Assembly (NCBI GenBank): GCA_041946735.1
Contig: JBHGAY010000004.1
Span: 150,292-214,291, forward strand
Direction of reading: 5' to 3'
DNA: 64,000 nt
From: Candidatus Eiseniibacteriota bacterium
GTDB lineage: Bacteria > Eisenbacteria > RBG-16-71-46 > CAIMUX01 > VGJL01
Shown: positions 52,445-60,071 of the stretch, piece after piece
Layout of the letters: every line of letters starts with the position of its first letter
Position numbering within the stretch: position 1 is the stretch's first letter
Translations under genes and position numbers: made by a program
The notes under the pieces: generated by a model
Databases searched by the model: none
What the model saw: the letters and a program-made list of their open reading frames with translations, nothing else
Told to the model about the DNA's origin: nothing

Positions 52445-53206
52445 TCAACGGCGGGACGTCCGTTGCGACCCGGGATTTACGAGATGCTCGAGATGCTCGA
52501 GATCCTTGATCAGCTCGATCTCGTCGCGAATCGGAATCCCGTACATCCCGATTTCAGGAATCGAGGGCTTGCGAGCGCGCGATCTCGCGACCGCGCCCGG
52601 GTGAAGGCGGGCGAGGCGCATTCCGCGCCGTTGGTAGAAGCGGATCGCGGGGAGGTTGTCGTTCGTCGTGACCAGCCACAGCTGACGACAACCGCGCGCC
52701 CTCGCTTCTCTCTCAGCGGCGGCGAGCAGGCGCGAGCCGATGCGGTTCCTCTTGCGCAGCGCCTCGATCACGACGACCTCGCAGCGCTCGCCGCGGATCT
52801 CGAGCGCCACGTAGCCGGTGATCCGCCCGCCGGCGCGAACCGCGAGGAACCCCGGGTAGGAATGCGCCGCGTGCAGGCGCCCGCGGCTCACGACTCCGGG
52901 CGGGCCCCAGCGGCGCTCGATCAACCGCCGGAGGCCGGGCCGGTCGGAGTCCCGAATCGGGCGGATACGCGATCCCTCGCCCGCGACCGCGCCCGCTCCC
53001 GCTCTCCGGCTCGGCCGCTTCGTAGAAGCGGCGCGCGAGAAGGAATGAGAACTCGGCCGGGCACGAGAAGAGGAGGAGGAAGAAGAAGCAGCAGCAGCAG
53101 CACCACCAGAAGGAGGAAGAGGAGCAGCGGCAGCAGCAGCAGAAAGAGTGGAAGTGGAATGAGAAGACGGAGGAAGAGAAGGGGGACGGCTGCCGTTCGA
53201 GTGCAT
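52445..53206 (-). CDS. GNAT acetyltransferase with low-complexity Ser/Ala N-terminus
   Basis: IGSRLL, LVTTNDNLPAIRFYQRRG, KPSIPEIG..GIPIRDEIEL; upstream TTGACA-17-TAGCTT (53246-53218). Confidence 0.8.
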   Translation of the reverse strand: MHSNGSRPPSLPPSSHSTSTLSAAAAAAPLPPSGGAAAAASSSSSSSRARPSSHSFSRAASTKRPSRRAGAGAVAGEGSRIRPIRDSDRPGLRRLIERRWGPPGVVSRGRLHAAHSYPGFLAVRAGGRITGYVALEIRGERCEVVVIEALRKRNRIGSRLLAAAEREARARGCRQLWLVTTNDNLPAIRFYQRRGMRLARLHPGAVARSRARKPSIPEIGMYGIPIRDEIELIKDLEHLEHLVNPGSQRTSRR

Positions 53207-53723
53207 CCTGCCGCCGAAAGCTACGTTCGGGCGCGGCGGCTGTCAAGCAGCCCGGCCCGCCCCGTCTGGCCGGACGCCAGCGGGCGCGGCCGGCGACGAG
53301 AACGGGGGTTATCCGAACCCAAAACACCACTGCCTGCGCGTCGCGGCCCTGGCCGCCGACGCTCGCCATCCCACCGATCACAGCCGCCGCGCTCCCTCCG
53401 GGCGGTCCGCCTTCCCGCCAGCCGTCCGACCGACCGTCCGGCGAAATCGCGGAGGCCACGGAAGAGCGGAAGCTTCAGGGCGACATTTCCCGGCCGATCC
53501 TTGTAGGATGTCCGGAGCGGCCGGGCGAGTCAGAGCCGAACGATCCGCACGGTTCGGTCGAAGACCCGGCGACGCACGACGAATCCAGACGATCAGCCAG
53601 CCGAGCGGGGCGCACGCGGAAGGATCCGCAGCGCTGCGCCGCCTTGTCCTTGGGAAGATGCCGGCCGCCATCCCGCCACGCGATGCGGGATGCGGGAAGC
53701 CAACGCACAGATTCCGGAGACCG

Positions 53724-56186
53724 ATGCAAGTCACGATCCACGGCCATTTCTATCAACCACCGCGAGAGGATCCCTGGACGGGACGGATCCCGTCGCAGCC
53801 AGGCGCCTCTCCCTATCACGACTGGAACGCGCGGATCGGGGCGGAATGTTACGGGCCGAACGCACGCAGCCGCATTCTCGACGAGAAGGGACGGATCGAG
53901 GAGATCGTGAACAACTACGACTCGATCCACTTCGATTTCGGTCCCACGCTCCTGCACTGGCTGGAGGAAGAAGAGCCCGACATCTACCGTGACATTCTCG
54001 CTGCCGATCGGCGCTCGGTCGCGGCGCGCGGCGGGCACGGCAATGCGATCGCGCAGGCATACAATCACCTGATCCTGCCGCTCGCGTCCTATCGCGACAA
54101 GCGGACCCAGATCGCCTGGGGTCTCCGCGATTTCGAATACCGCTTCGGACGCAAGAGCGAGGCGATCTGGCTTCCGGAGACGGCGATCGATCTCGAGACT
54201 CTCCGCCTGCTCGTCGAGTTCCGGATGCGCTACGTCATCCTTGCTCCCGGGCAGGCGAAGAGGTTTCGTCCCTTGTCCGGCGGACCGTGGACCGACGTCT
54301 CCGGCGGACGGATCGATCCTCGCCGGGCCTATCGCGCCTACATCCCGGGAAGGATCGAGGCGGACCGCTCGATCGACGTCTTCTTCTACGATGGACCGCT
54401 CTCGGTCGCCGTCTCGTTCGAGCATCTGCTTCGCAACGGTTCCGGTTTCGCGGATCGTATCCACGCCGCGGGCCGCGGACCGGGAGCCACCGGCAAGGCG
54501 AGCCCGGAGACGCTCGTGCATCTCGCGACGGACGGCGAGGTGTACGGGCATCACGAGCCGTTCGGCGACATGTGCCTCGCCTATTTCAGCCAGCGCGAGG
54601 CGCCGTTGCGCGGGATGCAGTTGACGAACTACGGGGAGTACCTCGATCGACATCCCTCGCGCCACGAGGTGGAGATCGACTTCGGCGAGGACGGGGAGGG
54701 CACGTCCTGGTCGTGCGCGCATGGCGTCGGCCGTTGGCGCCGCGATTGTGGCTGCTCGATCGGCGGCCGCGGCTGGAACCAGAGGTGGAGGTCGCCGCTG
54801 CGCAAGGGTCTCGACGACTTGCGCGATCGCCTGCTCGAGGTGTACGCCGCGCACGTTTCGGATCTCGTGCAGGATCCCTGGGAGGCGCGCGACGACTACA
54901 TCTCCATCATCCTGGAAGACGGGGCGCGGGCGCGCTTCCTGGAGAAACACGCGCGCCGTCCCCTTTCCGACGAGGAGAAGGGGACGTTGTGGAAGCTCCT
55001 GGAGTCCCAGCATCAAGGAATGTTGATGTTCACCTCCTGCGCCTGGTTCTTCGACGACATCGGAGGGATCGAAGCGCAGCAGAACCTCATGTACGCGGCA
55101 CGCGCGATCGAGCTGGCGCAGCCGTTCACCCGTGTCGGCCTGGAGGAGCGGCTGCTCGGCTTTCTCGTGGAGGCGCGCAGCAACGTCCCGGAGATCGGAA
55201 CCGGGGCGGACATCTGGAAGCGATGGGTGGCGCCCCGGCGCAAGACGCACGTGTCGATCGCCGTGGAGACGGCCGGCCTCCTTGCGACGAGGATCGAGGA
55301 CGTTCCACTCGGATCGCCCGCCTTCCGCGTGGAGGTGCTCGAGAGCGGAGGAAGCTACTTCGACGGCGGAATCGGCGCATCGCTCAGAATCCAGGATCGC
55401 CGGACCGACGAGACCCGGACCTTCCGCATCCTCGCCGGGCGGGACCCCGACCGCCTGATGGTCGTCCGGGTCGAGGAGCCTGCCGCAAACGAAGGGGAAC
55501 CCCCGAAGGTCTGGGAACGATCGATCGACGGCCTTGCCGAGGAGATGCGGGCGCGAGTGATCGCCACGCTCCTCGGGGATCTGATGAGCCAGGAGGAGGC
55601 GAGGTTCGATGAGATCTTCGAGACTTCCCGTCCTCTGCTCGAGCGCTATCATGGGAGCGGCTTGAACCCTCCTCCGATCTTCCAGGCCCTGGCTTCCGAC
55701 GTCGTGAACCGGCGATTCGAGAGAGCGGCCGCGCAGATGGCTCTCACCGATCCGCGGACGCTCGAAGGAACCGACGTCTCGGAAGCATTGAAGGATCTCC
55801 GCGCGCTCGCCGAGTCGATCGGCGTGACGCCGGCTCTCGATTCGCTGGCGCGGGTGATCGAGAGGGCGATCGACGCGGATCTGGCCGCCGTCTCCGAAGT
55901 CCGCGACGATGACGTTTCTCGTGTCGTGGGCTTGCTTCTTGCAGCGGAGAGAAACGGAATCGCGATCCGGCGCACGAAGCTCGAGGAAAGGGCCTACGCT
56001 CTGATGAGGCATCACCAGGCGATCCTGGGAGCCCATCTTGCCGGCCTACCCGAGCCACGAGCGGGGATCGATCCCCAGCTGCTGATCCGTCTGGCGGAGT
56101 GCACGAACCTGAGCCTGCGCACGTTCGAGATGACGGGCGGGCGTCCGGAGAGAACAGAGAAGGAGTCGGTCGATGAGACCCGATGA
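53724..56186 (+). CDS. GH57-family glycoside hydrolase with DUF3536
   Basis: IHGHFYQPPRE, WLPETA, ATDGE.YGHH, SWSCAHGVGRW, MFTSCAWFFD. Confidence 0.9.
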   Translation: MQVTIHGHFYQPPREDPWTGRIPSQPGASPYHDWNARIGAECYGPNARSRILDEKGRIEEIVNNYDSIHFDFGPTLLHWLEEEEPDIYRDILAADRRSVAARGGHGNAIAQAYNHLILPLASYRDKRTQIAWGLRDFEYRFGRKSEAIWLPETAIDLETLRLLVEFRMRYVILAPGQAKRFRPLSGGPWTDVSGGRIDPRRAYRAYIPGRIEADRSIDVFFYDGPLSVAVSFEHLLRNGSGFADRIHAAGRGPGATGKASPETLVHLATDGEVYGHHEPFGDMCLAYFSQREAPLRGMQLTNYGEYLDRHPSRHEVEIDFGEDGEGTSWSCAHGVGRWRRDCGCSIGGRGWNQRWRSPLRKGLDDLRDRLLEVYAAHVSDLVQDPWEARDDYISIILEDGARARFLEKHARRPLSDEEKGTLWKLLESQHQGMLMFTSCAWFFDDIGGIEAQQNLMYAARAIELAQPFTRVGLEERLLGFLVEARSNVPEIGTGADIWKRWVAPRRKTHVSIAVETAGLLATRIEDVPLGSPAFRVEVLESGGSYFDGGIGASLRIQDRRTDETRTFRILAGRDPDRLMVVRVEEPAANEGEPPKVWERSIDGLAEEMRARVIATLLGDLMSQEEARFDEIFETSRPLLERYHGSGLNPPPIFQALASDVVNRRFERAAAQMALTDPRTLEGTDVSEALKDLRALAESIGVTPALDSLARVIERAIDADLAAVSEVRDDDVSRVVGLLLAAERNGIAIRRTKLEERAYALMRHHQAILGAHLAGLPEPRAGIDPQLLIRLAECTNLSLRTFEMTGGRPERTEKESVDETR

Positions 56187-58443
56187 ACTGAACGAGAGGT
56201 CGAAGAAGGATCTGCTCGAGCTGGCGCGCAAGCTGTCCATCTCGGGCCGAAGCGCCATGGGGAAGGAGGAGCTGGTTCGGGCGATCCTGCGCGCTTCTCC
56301 CTCCACCTCGAAGGGCGGCAAGCGGACGAAGGGGGCTGGTGAAGGAGCGCGCGATTCCGCTTCTCGTTCCCGTGCAGCAGGACGCAAGGAAGCGGAGAAG
56401 CACGCCCCCGATGTTCCTGCCGCGCGGTCGAAGGCGAAGGCGAGCGCCGGACGCGCCGGACGACTCGCGGCCAAGCCTTCCCGGCCGCGAGTCGAGGAGG
56501 CTCCGGTCGCGCCGCAGGCGGTGGTGCCGCCGGCCGCGCCGCCCGCGCCTCCAACCTCGCCACCTTCTTCGCAGCCGACTGCGCCGCCGCCAGGAATGCG
56601 CGCCGCGCCCGAGCCGCACCGTTCGGGAATGGAGCCGCCTTCTCGCGGCGCGCACGCGCGCGAAGCAGGCGGGGCCGTCGGTCCAGCCGGCGAACGGCGC
56701 CCGGCCGAGCAGCGGGACGACCGCCGGCGCGATGGCCGGCCGGCGGATCGCCGCGACGAACGCCGGGAGGACCGCCGGGAGGACCGGCCTCCCCAACGGC
56801 ACGACGACCGTCATGGCAACCGGCCGGTGGATCGCCGTGACGACCGGCCCGCGGGACGCCGTGACGACCGTCCTGCGGACCGGCGCGACGACCGGCGCCC
56901 GCGTCACGAGCGCGAGGATCGCGGACGCTTCCGGGATCGCGACGATCGCGGACGTGGCCCGCGCGAGGAGCGAAGGGATCCGAGCAGGCTGCGCGAGCCC
57001 CATCCGGGCCGCGAGATCGCCGGACCGCGACCACCCCACCGCGTCGATCCGTCGAGGAACCGTCCGCCGCGCGACGCCCGCCCAGGCGACCGCCGCGGCA
57101 TGCCTCCGGAAGATCCGGCGATGAAGCTGTCGCGAGTGGAAGCGATCCGCAAGGACATGCCGGGTAGGCGCCCCGGCGGGCCGCGCTCCGACATGTCTCG
57201 CGGCGGCCGCCCGGATCGGCGCGACTCGGCCCCGGGAAACCGCGGGGCCGCCGGAAGAGGCGGGTATCCGTCGCGCACCGAAGGACGCCGGCCCAACGAC
57301 GTTCGCAATGGCGGCGGCAGCCGCTTCGAGCGCAATGACCGGCCGGAGCACAATCGCGGCTTCGAGAACGACGAGCGCGCGTTGCAGGCGCGCGAGCATC
57401 TCCGCCGCTCTGGAGAGGCGCGAGCGAACAGCGGCTACACGCCCCAGTACGAGCGCCCGCGCGAGAAGACGCCGATCGCGGAGGGGAACCGCCCGCCTTC
57501 GCCGCCGCCACCACCACCTCCGCCTCCGGCACGACGTGAGCAGCCGCCCGAGCGGACGCACGGCCGGCCGGATCCGTCGCTACAAATGGCCGAGGGACCG
57601 TCGCGGCCCGGTCATCCGCTCGAGTTGCCGGAGAGCTACGGCAAGGATCGCCTGACGCTGATGGTCCGCGATCCCTACTGGATCCACGCTTACTGGGAGG
57701 TGACGCCTGAGACGATCGAGCGCGCCAAGCGGGAGCTGGGCGCGTCGTGGGAGGGAAGCCGCTGGATCCTGCGGGTCTCCTCCTACCCGGAAGACACGGG
57801 GAAGGAGCCCGAGTTCTTCGACATCGACCTCCACGCGGACGCCCGCAACTGGTACCTGCGCGTGCCGAATCCCGATCGCTCCTATGAGGGGATGATCGGA
57901 GTCGTCACGCGGGAGGGGACCTTCTACCCCTTCGCGCGCAGCAACCGCGTCCGCACCCCCCGCGACTCGATGAGCCCCGTCTCGGACGTCGAATGGACGA
58001 CGACGCAGGAGCAGTTCGAGAAGATCTACGCCCTCTCGGGCGGTCACGCGATCGGGCGGTCCTCCTTCGAGGCGGGCGAGGAGCTGCGCGCGCCCATGCA
58101 GGAGGCGATGTTCTCCGGGATGCTCGGAAGCATGAACATCGGATCCGGCGCGATGGGCGGGGCGCGGCGTCCACGCTCGTTCTGGTTCCAGCTCGACACG
58201 GAGCTGGTGGTCTACGGAGCGACGGAGCCGGATGCGCAGGTGACGGTCCAGGGACGGCCGGTGGCTTTGCGGCCGGACGGCACGTTCAGCGTCCGCTTCC
58301 AGCTTCCGGATGGTGTGCAGGAGATCCCTTGCGTCGCGCGTTCGGCCGACGGGATCTCGGAGCGAGAAATCACGCCGACGGTCCGCAGGAACACGAACTC
58401 TTCGGAACGTGATGCGGACCACGAGGCGGAGCCCGAGATCTAG
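56173..58443 (+). CDS. DUF4912 protein with N-terminal Rho_N-like helical domain and long disordered linker
   Basis: N-terminal KDLLELARKLSISGRSAMGKEELV; C-terminal LPESYG...LMVRDPYWIHAYWEV...RSNRVRTP; ELVVYGATEPDA. Confidence 0.85.
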   Translation: MRPDELNERSKKDLLELARKLSISGRSAMGKEELVRAILRASPSTSKGGKRTKGAGEGARDSASRSRAAGRKEAEKHAPDVPAARSKAKASAGRAGRLAAKPSRPRVEEAPVAPQAVVPPAAPPAPPTSPPSSQPTAPPPGMRAAPEPHRSGMEPPSRGAHAREAGGAVGPAGERRPAEQRDDRRRDGRPADRRDERREDRREDRPPQRHDDRHGNRPVDRRDDRPAGRRDDRPADRRDDRRPRHEREDRGRFRDRDDRGRGPREERRDPSRLREPHPGREIAGPRPPHRVDPSRNRPPRDARPGDRRGMPPEDPAMKLSRVEAIRKDMPGRRPGGPRSDMSRGGRPDRRDSAPGNRGAAGRGGYPSRTEGRRPNDVRNGGGSRFERNDRPEHNRGFENDERALQAREHLRRSGEARANSGYTPQYERPREKTPIAEGNRPPSPPPPPPPPPARREQPPERTHGRPDPSLQMAEGPSRPGHPLELPESYGKDRLTLMVRDPYWIHAYWEVTPETIERAKRELGASWEGSRWILRVSSYPEDTGKEPEFFDIDLHADARNWYLRVPNPDRSYEGMIGVVTREGTFYPFARSNRVRTPRDSMSPVSDVEWTTTQEQFEKIYALSGGHAIGRSSFEAGEELRAPMQEAMFSGMLGSMNIGSGAMGGARRPRSFWFQLDTELVVYGATEPDAQVTVQGRPVALRPDGTFSVRFQLPDGVQEIPCVARSADGISEREITPTVRRNTNSSERDADHEAEPEI

Positions 58444-58472
58444 GGAAGAGCCCGTAACGCAAGGGAGGCCCG

Positions 58473-60071
58473 ATGGAGAAGGGATACCTGAGCCTGGTTC
58501 TCCACGCTCATCTGCCGTACGTGCGGCATCCCGAGTTCGAGCACTTCCTCGAGGAGAGCTGGCTTTACGAGGCGATCACGGAGACGTACGTCCCGTTGAT
58601 CCGGATGATGGAGCGGCTGACCAATGAGGGGGTCCACTTCCGCTATGCCCTCTCCATCTCCCCCCCTCTGGCGGGGATGCTCTCCGATCCCTTGCTGCAG
58701 GGAAGGTTCCTGCGACACATCGAAGAGCTGGTCGAGCTCTCGGAGAAGGAGATCGAGCGCACCCGCTGGCTGCCGGAGTTCCAGCCGCTGGCGCAGGAGT
58801 ACAACCGCATCTTCCGCGAGACGCGCGAGATCTTCGCCGACCGCTACGGGTCGAATCTCCTGACCGCGTTTCGACGCTTCCAGGATGCCGGCGTCCTCGA
58901 GATCATCACCGTCGGCGCGACGCACGGCTTCTTTCCGCTCATGCTCGGCAACCGCAACTGGTGGCGCGGGCAGGTGCTGCTCGCGAAGCAGGACTACGAG
59001 CGCTGCTTCGGCCGCCCGCCGCGCGGGATCTGGCTCCCCGAGTGCGGCTACGAGCCCGGCGTCGAGGAGGTGCTGAAGGAAGCGGGGATCCGCTACTTCT
59101 TCCTCGACACGCACGGGATCCTGCACGCCACGCCGCGTCCGAAGTTCGGCGTCTTCGCGCCCGTCGTGACCAAGTCGGGGGTCGCCGCCTTCGGGCGCGA
59201 TCTCGAGTCGTCGAAGTCGGTCTGGAGCTCGAAGGAGGGATATCCGGGCGATTCGCTCTATCGCGAGTTCTACCGGGACATCGGCTGGGATCTCGACTAC
59301 GAGTACGTCAAGCCGTACCTCCACGGGGACGGCAAGCGCCGCAATCTGGGGATCAAATACTTCCGGATCACCGGGCCGGGCGACCACAAGGAGCCGTACA
59401 ATTTCGCCTGGGCGAAGGAGAGGGCCGCCGAGCACGCGGGCAACTTCATGTTCAACCGCGAGAGGCAGAGCGAGTATCTCTTCCAGCTGCTCGGGCGCCC
59501 GCCGATCATCGTCTCCCCCTACGACGCAGAGCTGTTCGGGCACTGGTGGTACGAGGGGCCCCTATGGATCGAGTATCTCTTCCGCAAGATCGCGTTCGAC
59601 CAGAAGGTGATCGCGACGATCACACCGAGCGAATACCTCGACCGCTTCCCGATCCAGCAGATCGCCACCCCCTCCGGTTCGTCGTGGGGATACAAGGGAT
59701 ACGCGGAGGTCTGGCTCAACGGATCGAACGACTGGATCTATCCGCACCTCCATGCCGCCGCCGAGCGGATGGTGGAGCTCGCGAATCGCTACCGGGACCG
59801 CTCCTCTCTCGATCCGCTCTACGCGCGGGCGCTCAGCCAGGCGGCCCGGGAGCTGCTGCTCGCGCAGAGCAGCGACTGGGCGTTCATCATGAAGACCGGC
59901 ACCATGGTCAGCTATGCCGTGCAGAGGACGAAAGAGCACATTGCCAATTTCAACAAGATCTACAACGACATCCATTCCGGAAGGATCGACGAATGGTGGC
60001 TCTCTGCGGTCGAGCAGAAGAACAACATCTTCCCTGACCTCGACTACACCGTCTATGCGGATCCCGCTTGA
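58473..60071 (+). CDS. GH57 1,4-alpha-glucan branching enzyme (DUF1957)
   Basis: LHAHLPYV, GIWLPECGY, PYDAELFGHWW.EG, ARELLLAQSSDWAFI. Confidence 0.93.
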   Translation: MEKGYLSLVLHAHLPYVRHPEFEHFLEESWLYEAITETYVPLIRMMERLTNEGVHFRYALSISPPLAGMLSDPLLQGRFLRHIEELVELSEKEIERTRWLPEFQPLAQEYNRIFRETREIFADRYGSNLLTAFRRFQDAGVLEIITVGATHGFFPLMLGNRNWWRGQVLLAKQDYERCFGRPPRGIWLPECGYEPGVEEVLKEAGIRYFFLDTHGILHATPRPKFGVFAPVVTKSGVAAFGRDLESSKSVWSSKEGYPGDSLYREFYRDIGWDLDYEYVKPYLHGDGKRRNLGIKYFRITGPGDHKEPYNFAWAKERAAEHAGNFMFNRERQSEYLFQLLGRPPIIVSPYDAELFGHWWYEGPLWIEYLFRKIAFDQKVIATITPSEYLDRFPIQQIATPSGSSWGYKGYAEVWLNGSNDWIYPHLHAAAERMVELANRYRDRSSLDPLYARALSQAARELLLAQSSDWAFIMKTGTMVSYAVQRTKEHIANFNKIYNDIHSGRIDEWWLSAVEQKNNIFPDLDYTVYADPA

